A DNA stretch of 64,000 nucleotides. Origin: a virus. Shown here one piece after another: positions 55,690 to 63,740 of this stretch. The stretch is taken from IMG/VR virus record IMGVR_UViG_3300033802_000475; one strand, given 5' to 3'. The position numbers were made by a program, and so were the translations under genes. The first letter of the stretch is position 1. Each line of letters begins with the position of its first letter. The notes under the pieces were generated by a model, which was not told the DNA's origin, ran no database searches, and saw only the letters and a list, made by a program, of their open reading frames with translations.

Positions 55690-56526
55690 TCAGGCGTACG
55701 ACTGCGCGACCGGAAACCACTCGCGCAGCCGCCGGTACAGGGTGGGCCAGTAGCGGCGGAGCCAGGCCGCGCCGCCGTGCCTCGTCGCCCCGCCCGGGAT
55801 CCACCAGCTCTTGCGGACCCGCCATGGCTCGCGCTCGTGCATGAAGCCGACGCAGCGGTAGACCGGCAGCAGCTCGAGCCCGTGCGCGACCGCGTAGGCG
55901 TAGACGTCGATACCCTCCCAGTCGCCGAGCGGCGTGCAGACGAGCTGCCCGCGCTCGCGGCCGCGGGCGGCCTGACGGCGGTAGAGGAGGCCGTTGAAGC
56001 AACGATTCCGCGCGCGGCCGCGCGATTCCTCGGCGCGCAGCCCGAGGAAGATCGCCTCCCGGTCCTCGGTCGCCTCCTCGACGACGCCATAGAAGGCCGC
56101 CTTGCTGAGCCCCGCCGCGCGCGAGTGGAGATCGCCGGCGACGTCGAGCTCGTGCGCGTGGTCGCGGATCCAGTCCGCGGGCGAGATCGGGGGGCGGACG
56201 ATCTCGAGCTCGGCGCCCCATTCCTTCGCGAGCCCCTCGACGTACGCCTCCTCGCCCGGGTAGTCGAGATCGTCCTTCTCGCTCACGAGCGGGACACCGG
56301 CGCCTGTCTCCACGGTGATCAGGTGCGCCATCGCCGTCGAATCCTTCCCGCCGCTCCACATGACCGCGGCGTCGCCGCCGGCCTCCTCGAGACAGCGCAC
56401 GACGAGCCGGCGCGCCTGGTCGACGCGGCGCCGATGGGCCAGCGTCGTCGCGTGGCGCGCCGCCACGACCATCCATCGCGCCCAGACCGCGCGGTCGTGC
56501 GCGTCCAGCACCGGCTCAGCCGACAC
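55690..56526 (-). CDS. CysH-like PAPS reductase family protein of type IV-B CRISPR-Cas
   Basis: MWSGGKDS PP-loop, FLGLRAEESRGR, CTPLGDW..IDVYAY; directly after csf3. Confidence 0.88.
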   Translation of the reverse strand: MSAEPVLDAHDRAVWARWMVVAARHATTLAHRRRVDQARRLVVRCLEEAGGDAAVMWSGGKDSTAMAHLITVETGAGVPLVSEKDDLDYPGEEAYVEGLAKEWGAELEIVRPPISPADWIRDHAHELDVAGDLHSRAAGLSKAAFYGVVEEATEDREAIFLGLRAEESRGRARNRCFNGLLYRRQAARGRERGQLVCTPLGDWEGIDVYAYAVAHGLELLPVYRCVGFMHEREPWRVRKSWWIPGGATRHGGAAWLRRYWPTLYRRLREWFPVAQSYA

Positions 56527-57304
56527 AGGAGACCTCCTCGACGGCGTCGACCCGCTCGCCGAGTCGCTGGACCGGCACGCGGCACAGCATGCGGGTCCGC
56601 GGGTGCCAGTACGGCGCGCGGACGGTGGCCTCCCGGACGTCGTGGCGGGTCGTGCGCTGCGCGAGCTCGAAGTGCGCCGGCAGCGGCCGCATGAGGCGCC
56701 AACCCGGGCCGAACCAGTGCCACGGCTCGCCGGGCGCGACCTCCCACCCGTGCACGTGGCCGAGGCCTCCGGAGCGCTTCCCGCCGATCGTCTGCACTTC
56801 GCGGAGGAGGTCTTCGAGGCGCGCGCGATCGCCGATGACCCACCAATCGACCCAGTGCGCGACGACCACGGGGGCGGGGAGGTTCGAGGCCTTCGTCTCG
56901 CCGACCGAGGGATTGATGACCGTCGCCCCGAGTTTATCCGCCCGGACGCGGCGGCGGCGCCACCGGACGGACGCTGCCGCGTCGACGGACGGCCAGCCCG
57001 CCGAAGCGAACGCGATCGGGAACGGGCAGCCGGGCACCTCGCCATCCGCTATCGGGATCGGGACGTCCGTGTCCTCGATCGGCGCCGAGATCGGACAGCC
57101 GGCGAAGACGTCGTCGGGCACGCGCCCGGTCTCGCGCACGATGACGACGTACTGCAGCGCGCCCTCGATCATGAGCGGGTCATAGAGGTCCCACGCGACC
57201 GGCGCGGCGAGCCACGCGCGGATCCGGAGGGGCTCCGGGGAAACCGGAGCCCACCGTTCCCGGGCCCGCTCGCGCCAGGCCCGATTCTCCGCCGCCCAGC
57301 TCAA
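56516..57304 (-). CDS. csf3: Type IV Cas5-family subunit Csf3
   Basis: RAMP start PLRIRAWLAAP, G-rich loop IGGKRSGGLGHV, LMRPLP, RAPYWHP. Confidence 0.85.
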   Translation of the reverse strand: MSWAAENRAWRERARERWAPVSPEPLRIRAWLAAPVAWDLYDPLMIEGALQYVVIVRETGRVPDDVFAGCPISAPIEDTDVPIPIADGEVPGCPFPIAFASAGWPSVDAAASVRWRRRRVRADKLGATVINPSVGETKASNLPAPVVVAHWVDWWVIGDRARLEDLLREVQTIGGKRSGGLGHVHGWEVAPGEPWHWFGPGWRLMRPLPAHFELAQRTTRHDVREATVRAPYWHPRTRMLCRVPVQRLGERVDAVEEVSCVG

Positions 57305-58728
57305 GCCGTCACCTCCGCGGGCGCGCGGCGCTTCTTCGGCCGCTCCGTCGCCGTGGTGGAGATCCCCGGGTCCGCGGGTGCGAGCGCCATCGCCCACTCG
57401 ATCATCTCGTCGCGCCGGCGCTCGACGTCCTCGAGGTAGAGGTCGGGCGGCGGGAGCTCGGCCGCCCCCGGTCCGGGCGTGTAGCCGTCCAGCGCGATCC
57501 CGCCCATGCCGCGGGCCGCGTCGGCGCCGATGTACCCGGTCGCGCGGAACTGCTCGAGCAGGTCGGCGAGGCACGAGGCGGTGACCGGGTTGATCCCGTC
57601 GAGGCCGATGATCTGGAGCGTGTGGACCATCTGGTAGCCGGCGATGAGGACCTCCTTGTTCGCGATCATCTGGATCCCGTCGCTCTCCGGGATGTCGCGG
57701 TGCGCGTGACGGGTGAGGAGGCGGAGCTGCGTCATCTCCGCCGCCACGGGGAGCTGGGCGGCGAACTCCTCGAGAGGCATGTGTGGCGCGACGACCGGGT
57801 GCACCAGCCAGGCGTTCTCCCGGCAGACGAGGACGGCATCGCAGACCCGGGCGCGGCCGCCCATGATCTGCTTGTCGATGCACCCGGCGAAGAGGTCCCA
57901 CGGGGGGCAGGCGCGGCGCGCTGCATCACGCACCAGGTTGTTGACCTTCGCGCCGTCGGCGCCGGCATCGACGTTGCCGCCGGCGAGGAGCGCGTGCGCC
58001 CGGTGCGTGGGCAGGGCGCGCGTCGAGAGGCCGAGGAGCGAGAACCAGCGGCCCATCACCAGGTCGCGCCAGAAGCCCCGGATCGCGTTGCCCGAGACGA
58101 ACGGCACGTAGGCCGCCCGACCCGTCAGGGGGTCGTGCACGCGCTGGCGGCGAAAGAGGCTGACGTTGCCGTGCTTCTCGTCGGCGCCGTGGTGCATCGG
58201 CCCGGTCAGCGTCCAGACCGACGTGTAGGCGCGGGGCGCGATCAGCTCGCGCGGCAGCTGCGGGATGTAGCCCCCCGACTGAACCGGATCGGGGAAGTAA
58301 TCGAAGTGCAGGTCCTCGCCCTCGATCCCGTAGCGATCGGTCGCGAAGGTCGAGAGGAACTCCGGACTCTCGTGCACGACGACGCGGAGGTCGTCGTAGT
58401 CCATCGCGGCCAGCGCGCGGTCCCAACGGATCCGGCCCTCCGGGAGCCAGGCCTCGATCGGGCCCCACTCCGAATCGCCGCCAGCGGGGTCGACGTCGAA
58501 GCGCCGGCAGAAGGCGCGGTAGAAGCCGAGCGGGCTTCGCTCGGAGACGACGAACGGGACCAGGCTCGTCGTGATCTCGTTCGGGAGCTCCTGGTAGCGA
58601 CGCTCGCCGATCTTGTCGCGGTCGATGCGGATCACGGTCGCGCGCAGCAGGTAGGCGAGCAGCCTGCGCGTGGCCTTGATGCCGCTCGGAATGTCCTGTC
58701 GGCTCAGTTCCTTCTCGGGGCGCCTCAT
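57301..58728 (-). CDS. csf2: Type IV Cas7-family Csf2 with N-terminal helical (Cas11-like) fusion
   Basis: WTLTGPMHHGADEKHGN, VPFVSGNAIRG..RD, LLAGG, PPWDLFAG, G-rich loop YIGADAARGMG; about 135-160 extra N-terminal residues. Confidence 0.88.
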   Translation of the reverse strand: MRRPEKELSRQDIPSGIKATRRLLAYLLRATVIRIDRDKIGERRYQELPNEITTSLVPFVVSERSPLGFYRAFCRRFDVDPAGGDSEWGPIEAWLPEGRIRWDRALAAMDYDDLRVVVHESPEFLSTFATDRYGIEGEDLHFDYFPDPVQSGGYIPQLPRELIAPRAYTSVWTLTGPMHHGADEKHGNVSLFRRQRVHDPLTGRAAYVPFVSGNAIRGFWRDLVMGRWFSLLGLSTRALPTHRAHALLAGGNVDAGADGAKVNNLVRDAARRACPPWDLFAGCIDKQIMGGRARVCDAVLVCRENAWLVHPVVAPHMPLEEFAAQLPVAAEMTQLRLLTRHAHRDIPESDGIQMIANKEVLIAGYQMVHTLQIIGLDGINPVTASCLADLLEQFRATGYIGADAARGMGGIALDGYTPGPGAAELPPPDLYLEDVERRRDEMIEWAMALAPADPGISTTATERPKKRRAPAEVTA

Positions 58729-59549
58729 CACGCTTCTCCTGTGTTCAGGGTGGGGATCAATCGACAGAAGACCGGCCACCACGTCGTCTCCGCGTGGGGG
58801 CGGAGCGGCGCGGTGAGCGTCGGCCAGAGCCGCGCGGCGGTGAGGCCCGAGCGCGGCGGGAGTACGAGATCTCGAAGTGCCTGCTTCGCGCGCCACGCCG
58901 GGACACCGCCCTCGACGAGAACCCGCATCAGGTGGGTCGCGGCATCCCGGGCGCGGAGCCAGACGTCGCGGTCGAGGACGAAATCCAGGTGGTCGTCGAC
59001 CTGCACCGGGTAGCGGTCGCGCGAGTATGCGGTCCGGCTGTAGAGCGCGACGTGTTTCGATTGCAGCCGGATCAGGGCCGCCGGGTGCATCGGCTCCCCC
59101 GGCCACCACGTCCGCTTCCAGTTCGGCACGCCGTGCGCCTCCTGGACGGACTCGCCGCCGTGGTCGATCCCGTAGAGCGGGATCCCGACCACGAACGGGG
59201 GTGCCGGTGGATTCAGGAGCTCGGCGAGGGGGTCGGTGCCGGGAGCCCGGATCGACCAGAAGCGCACGCCCTCGGCGCTCGCGAACCAGGAGACACAACG
59301 CAGCCGGAGCGTCTTCGCGCAGAAAACGCACGCGGCGCAGTAGCGCGTCCCCCCGAACGCGTGGATCCGGTTCGCGTTGCGCGTCGGAATGAAGTTCGAG
59401 CTGACGAGCTGGTCGACGTCGTACGCGCCCCCCTCACCCCCGCAGCGGGCGCAGTGCGAGGCCTCGCCCCGCGCCTGCGGGATCGGCTCGCCGTAGACGT
59501 CGCAGGGGACGGGGCTACCCGCCGCCCGCCATATCAATTGCGTCTCCAT
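58728..59549 (-). CDS. csf1: Type IV large subunit Csf1 (Cas8-like)
   Basis: CARCG...CAAC zinc finger, LLNPPAPPFVV, QSKHV, YPVQVDD; first gene of the csf operon. Confidence 0.8.
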   Translation of the reverse strand: METQLIWRAAGSPVPCDVYGEPIPQARGEASHCARCGGEGGAYDVDQLVSSNFIPTRNANRIHAFGGTRYCAACVFCAKTLRLRCVSWFASAEGVRFWSIRAPGTDPLAELLNPPAPPFVVGIPLYGIDHGGESVQEAHGVPNWKRTWWPGEPMHPAALIRLQSKHVALYSRTAYSRDRYPVQVDDHLDFVLDRDVWLRARDAATHLMRVLVEGGVPAWRAKQALRDLVLPPRSGLTAARLWPTLTAPLRPHAETTWWPVFCRLIPTLNTGEA

Positions 59550-59554
59550 TGAGG

Positions 59555-60088
59555 TCACGGCTCCTTCGTTGCTCCGCGCCCGTCCGCGATCGCCCGTGCA
59601 TGGACGGCCCGCACCAGGTGCGAGGTGAACTCCTTCCGCTCCCAGCCGCGGCCGCCCTTCCGCGGCCAGACGACGAAGAAGCGGTATGGGTGCATTTCCG
59701 CGGCGATCCTGACCTTGAGCCGCGCGTCTTCCCGGGCGTAGAAGCCCGCTCCTTTCCGGCCCTTGACCTCGTGGAACTCGACGGTCCCGTCCGGCATCAC
59801 CACGCGGAAGTCGGGCGAGTAGAACGCGGCGGTTGCGAGGCGAAGCTTCTCGGGCTCGAAGTCCCAACGCAGGATCGTCCCCGCCCGCTGCAGGGTGTCG
59901 AGGTGCGCGGCGTAGCGGGCCTCGGTCTGGTTCATCCGCGGCCCGGAGGTGCGGGCGGCCGGCTCCGGCTCCGTGGCGGTCTCCTGGAGGACGCCCTCGA
60001 TCCGCCTCCGGAGCACGGCGCCGACGTCCGGCCGCTGGAGCAGCTGCCGGAGCTCCGCCGGCGAGAGCGAGCGTAGATCGACGCTCAT
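59555..60088 (-). CDS. DUF1064-like PD-(D/E)xK endonuclease
   Basis: MNQTEARYA...YSPDFRV...FHEVKG. Confidence 0.8.
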   Translation of the reverse strand: MSVDLRSLSPAELRQLLQRPDVGAVLRRRIEGVLQETATEPEPAARTSGPRMNQTEARYAAHLDTLQRAGTILRWDFEPEKLRLATAAFYSPDFRVVMPDGTVEFHEVKGRKGAGFYAREDARLKVRIAAEMHPYRFFVVWPRKGGRGWERKEFTSHLVRAVHARAIADGRGATKEP

Positions 60089-60267
60089 GCCCGGGCGCCT
60101 CCGCTATTCCGCGCGGAAACCATGAGCTCGCAGAACTCGCAGCGCTGGTCCTCGAGGCCGGTGAGTTCGATGCCGCACATGGAGCACCGATCGCGGCCCA
60201 CGGCGCACCGGCAGGCGCCAGGTCGGCAGTGCCCGAGGCAGCGCTCGCCGCGGTGATCACGCGCCAT
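60085..60267 (-). CDS. Small Cys-rich protein
   Basis: 60 aa with 8 Cys. Confidence 0.5.
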   Translation of the reverse strand: MARDHRGERCLGHCRPGACRCAVGRDRCSMCGIELTGLEDQRCEFCELMVSARNSGGARA

Positions 60268-60676
60268 GGTTCTCGCTCCGCGCGTTGGGGTGGGCGGCGG
60301 TGTGCTCGGCCATGAGGGCCTGCGCCTCTTCGGGCGTGGCGACCTCAAACCACGGATGCGCCGTCCCGTCTTCTGTGACCACTTCGAGGCGATGGAGCTG
60401 GAGCAATCCACCGAGCGTCCAGTTGCACCCCTTCCCCTGATTCTCCGGGCGGGGCGAGCCGGCACCTGTCCAGCGTCCGACGCACGAGAATCCGACATAC
60501 CGCTCCACCTCCTCAGCGGTACGTCCCGCGCCGGCTCGGATCAGCGAGGTCATGGATTGAATCGTTCCGCACATCGGGCATCGGAAGGCCACGTGTTCCC
60601 GGGGTACCCCCTGCGCCCGGATCGCCTCTCGGTACTCCTCGATGGTCATCGTCTGCCGCTCCGTCGTCGTCCGCAT
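60257..60676 (-). CDS. VVA0879-like phage protein
   Basis: AFRCPMCG, FSCVGRW, GCNWTLGGL. Confidence 0.8.
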   Translation of the reverse strand: MRTTTERQTMTIEEYREAIRAQGVPREHVAFRCPMCGTIQSMTSLIRAGAGRTAEEVERYVGFSCVGRWTGAGSPRPENQGKGCNWTLGGLLQLHRLEVVTEDGTAHPWFEVATPEEAQALMAEHTAAHPNARSENHGA

Positions 60677-61614
60677 CACACCCCTCCCTCGCCCCAGCGG
60701 CGGACGAATCGCGCCTCGATGTCCCGCAGCCTCCTCTGGGCGATCGCCAACTCGGTTGCCACATCCGCGCCGTCGCGGCCCTCCAATGCGGCCAGGCACA
60801 GCGCCAGATCGGAGATGACGCCGCGTAGCTCGAGGGCGAGCGGGTCACGCTGCGCATCCATCCCCTGGGCCTTGGAGCGACCGTCGGCGCCGTGCTCGGC
60901 CCCACTGAAATTCCGGTCGGATATTTTTCCGGGTGCCGCGGATTTTTCTGGCCCTTCGACAGCGACAATCCCATCGCCGTCCGGCAGCTCGACTCCGAGG
61001 AACGGCGCCATGCGTTCGGCGGCCTGCGCCAGCAGCGGCCCCCACTCGCCGGCGGCGAATAGGCCGGACGCGAACCGGACTGCCTCGATCATTTCGCGGG
61101 TGAACGCCTCCCGTGAGGCTCCGGCCCGGCATGCAGCGACCTCAGCACGCACCGCCTCCAGCTCGCGGGCGAGATAGTCGAGCTGATCGGCCGCCGTCCG
61201 TAGCAAGCCCTCGATCTCGGGATACGAAGATTGCCCGGTCCTACCGACCTCCAGCCGGATCAAATGGGCCACGCTCGGCGGGTCAAGTTCCCATTGACGC
61301 TCACTCCTGTCGCCGGGGTCGGCCCCGACGGCGCGGCGCAAATCCTCGATCGCGCTACGGTGCACGCGCTGGAACCCGCCCGACGGCGGATATGCCGTCT
61401 CCACGACTCGCCGGGCCGCCGTGGTGATGGCCCGTGCTCTCTCCCGCGCCTCCTCCAGCTCGCGGGTGAGGCGGGCGATGTATTCGTTCGCATACGGGTC
61501 CATTGACCGCGGCGGCCCGAGCGGGATACTGAGAGGCGGCAGCGACGGGCAGTTATGCTGCCGTTGTGTGCTCAGGTCGTGCTGGCCGCAATGCGGGCAG
61601 GTATACATGCTCAT
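60676..61614 (-). CDS. Hypothetical mosaic phage protein
   Basis: 312-aa ORF; N-terminal CPHC, coiled coils. Confidence 0.6.
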   Translation of the reverse strand: MSMYTCPHCGQHDLSTQRQHNCPSLPPLSIPLGPPRSMDPYANEYIARLTRELEEARERARAITTAARRVVETAYPPSGGFQRVHRSAIEDLRRAVGADPGDRSERQWELDPPSVAHLIRLEVGRTGQSSYPEIEGLLRTAADQLDYLARELEAVRAEVAACRAGASREAFTREMIEAVRFASGLFAAGEWGPLLAQAAERMAPFLGVELPDGDGIVAVEGPEKSAAPGKISDRNFSGAEHGADGRSKAQGMDAQRDPLALELRGVISDLALCLAALEGRDGADVATELAIAQRRLRDIEARFVRRWGEGGV

Positions 61615-61892
61615 GAATCACCATCCTCTCGCCGAATTTCGATTCTCGCCGGGTCCATCCGGTTCAGCCGCCGGATGATGCGGTCGAGGTGCGACCGTAG
61701 GCTTATCCGGCTCTCGATCCGATACGGCTCGCCGCCGATGCGGATGCCGTTTACCGTCATCGGCCCCGTGTCATACCAGCCGCCGTGTAGCGCCGACGCG
61801 TCCTCGATCACGTCCGGATCTTCGCCGCCGTAAGCGAGGCCATCGATCCAGATTGTGTAGACCCTATCAGCCATCGTCGTCGCTCCGCTCAT
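61611..61892 (-). CDS. Small hypothetical protein
   Basis: 93 aa; overlaps both neighbours by 4 nt. Confidence 0.55.
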   Translation of the reverse strand: MSGATTMADRVYTIWIDGLAYGGEDPDVIEDASALHGGWYDTGPMTVNGIRIGGEPYRIESRISLRSHLDRIIRRLNRMDPARIEIRREDGDS

Positions 61893-62008
61893 AGAACTGC
61901 ATCAAGCACGCGCCAGAGCATCCATGCGGCGCCACCCAGGACCACGAGAAAACCAATGACCGCAAACACGTACATCGCTGTCAGGTACCACTCCAGGTCA
62001 TCCCACAT
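61889..62008 (-). CDS. Small membrane peptide
   Basis: MWDDLEWYLTAMYVFAVIGFLVVLGGAAWML; CAGGAG RBS. Confidence 0.55.
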   Translation of the reverse strand: MWDDLEWYLTAMYVFAVIGFLVVLGGAAWMLWRVLDAVL

Positions 62009-62300
62009 CGCTCTCGCTCCTGTCGGTGGGGTGGGCGGCGAGACGGCGGATCTCCGCGAGCAATTCGTCGCCGTCGATCCCGGCATGGCTGGCCACCGCC
62101 CGAAGACGTTCACCCGCTCGCTGTGTCGCCTTGCGCTGGCATTCAATGCACCGCGCCCACAGGCGGCCATGCCCCTTGGGACCGCCGCAGACCTTGCAGC
62201 GCCGTTTGGCCGCGCAGTCGGTGCAGAAGCTGTTCGGTGGCGGCACGTCCACAACGCCGCAGCCGAGGCAGCGGACGGTCAGGTCAGCAAGCGCGCTCAC
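61998..62300 (-). CDS. Cys-rich small protein
   Basis: Four CxxC motifs. Confidence 0.55.
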   Translation of the reverse strand: MSALADLTVRCLGCGVVDVPPPNSFCTDCAAKRRCKVCGGPKGHGRLWARCIECQRKATQRAGERLRAVASHAGIDGDELLAEIRRLAAHPTDRSESDVG

Positions 62301-62504
62301 TCTCCACCTCCTCGCCCCGGCGGGCGGCGGATTCCTCGTCGGGCCGCGAAGTCGGGAACGGCGGCACTAGCTCCCGTTCGTATTCGTCTTGGTCCCCCCC
62401 GACAGTGCGGGCAGAGGCCCGCGTAGTAGGGCAGGCCGCAGCCGGGGCAGGACGGCCCGTCACATACTGGCATCGTCATCGCTCCTGTCGGTGGGATGGG
62501 CGGC
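62014..62504. repeat. Gene-junction direct repeats, family B
   Basis: TCGCTCCTGTCGGTGGG(G/A)TGGGCGGC at 62014-62039 and 62479-62504. Confidence 0.85.
62297..62479 (-). CDS. Cys-rich small protein
   Basis: MTMPVCDGPSCPGC...CPHC; CAGGAG RBS. Confidence 0.5.
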   Translation of the reverse strand: MTMPVCDGPSCPGCGLPYYAGLCPHCRGGPRRIRTGASAAVPDFAARRGIRRPPGRGGGE

Positions 62505-62673
62505 TCTCCCGCACCCGCACGTCCCAGGTCAGCCGCAGCGTAGCGCCGCAATACGGGCATACTCGCTTGCGGTCATCCGACGCCACGACGCAGGCGTCGG
62601 TTATGTCTCCGCAGCTCACTCCCACGTCTGCGGTCGCCTCGTCGCCCATGATCCACCTGATTCTGTGCCTCAC
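62476..62673 (-). CDS. Small Zn-ribbon protein
   Basis: CPYCG. Confidence 0.5.
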   Translation of the reverse strand: MRHRIRWIMGDEATADVGVSCGDITDACVVASDDRKRVCPYCGATLRLTWDVRVRESRPSHRQER

Positions 62674-62969
62674 TCCCCACCTCCCTCGCCCCGGCGGGCG
62701 GCGCGAATCGTCTCCAACTCTGCCGCCAGTGCGTCCCGCTCCTCCAGCAGCGTGCGGATGGTGTCGGGGTCGCAGGCGGCGATGAAGTGGGCGTTTGCCC
62801 GGTACTGCTCAATCCCGACGTATGAAACCCCGCGAACCATGCAGATTGGAAGAGGATCGGGAGAGGCCACGATGTCGCGTGTGGAACCCTTGTCGTAAGA
62901 CATTTCCCACGGTCCCGGCGTCGGCCCCATCGTCAACGCCTCCCGAATCTTCTCGTAGCGGTCAGTCAT
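62670..62969 (-). CDS. Ead/Ea22-like phage protein
   Basis: PTPGPW...ANAHFIAACDPDTIRTLLEE. Confidence 0.75.
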   Translation of the reverse strand: MTDRYEKIREALTMGPTPGPWEMSYDKGSTRDIVASPDPLPICMVRGVSYVGIEQYRANAHFIAACDPDTIRTLLEERDALAAELETIRAARRGEGGGE

Positions 62970-63574
62970 CACTCCCCACCTCCCTCGCCCCGGCGGGCGG
63001 CGTGCGCCTCGTTGTACGCCTCGGTAATCGGTCCGAATACCACATCCTCCCAACGGTCCTCCCCCTGCGCCTCGGAGCGGAGGGCGGCGAGAGCGCGGGC
63101 GCACGCAATCACACGCTGCCGAGTCTGCCGCAGGCGCTCCACATCCGCAGCGGTGGGTCCGTCGGGCTCTACCCAGAGGTTGGCCGCTGTTTCGAGGTCA
63201 TCGAGCGCGGCCAGGAAGTCCCGCCACACCTCCCCCTCGCCGCGCGGGGTGCGGAGGAGGGCGGCGGCGTCGTCGCCATTGCTCAGGGCCTTGCCCCACG
63301 CTCGGAACCATCCCCGCGCCTGGAAGCGAACGTGCTTCTTCTCCTCGTCGTCGAGAAGCCCGAAGTCGTGGCGGTACCACATGCAGGCGTCGTTGACTTG
63401 GGCGTCCGTGGGCTCCCGCACGTCCTCGCCGGCGGCGGGGGCGGGGTGGGGCGTGAATGCCGCGCCCGCGCCAACCACCGACTCCTCAGTCATCCTCACT
63501 GCATCCTCACTGTCAGAAGGGTAGATCCCAGTCGTCATCATCGTCCCACACGCCGGCGTACGCCGGCTCCTCAT
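62969..63574 (-). CDS. Hypothetical phage protein
   Basis: EPTDAQVNDAC motif; start uncertain. Confidence 0.55.
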   Translation of the reverse strand: MRSRRTPACGTMMTTGIYPSDSEDAVRMTEESVVGAGAAFTPHPAPAAGEDVREPTDAQVNDACMWYRHDFGLLDDEEKKHVRFQARGWFRAWGKALSNGDDAAALLRTPRGEGEVWRDFLAALDDLETAANLWVEPDGPTAADVERLRQTRQRVIACARALAALRSEAQGEDRWEDVVFGPITEAYNEAHAARRGEGGGE

Positions 63575-63740
63575 ACGGTTCCTCGACCCACCACTCGGCC
63601 TCTTCGAGCTCGAGCTCCTCGGCGGTCCGCTGCTCGCACGCCGCGCAGAGTCCGTGGCCGCCCCTTGGTCCGCCGCAATCGGGACAGATTCGGCTCCCGC
63701 GGTCGCGCTCGAGTAGGCGGCGAGCGAGACGGCGGCTCAT
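63513..63740 (-). CDS. Small acidic Zn-finger protein
   Basis: CPDCG..CAAC, acidic tail ending DDDWDLPF. Confidence 0.55.
   Translation of the reverse strand: MSRRLARRLLERDRGSRICPDCGGPRGGHGLCAACEQRTAEELELEEAEWWVEEPYEEPAYAGVWDDDDDWDLPF

Larger units (their letters stand above)
62297..63002. repeat. Gene-junction direct repeats, family A
   Basis: TCACTCCCCACCTCCCTCGCCCCGGCGGGCGGCG identical at 62670-62703 and 62969-63002; variant at 62297-62329. Confidence 0.9.

Noticed and set aside
53190-56526. Sulfate-assimilation auxiliary metabolic genes (true cysH)
   Set aside because: Context (csf operon, IbrB-like ParB, DUF3440) and absence of other cys genes point to non-metabolic PP-loop enzymes
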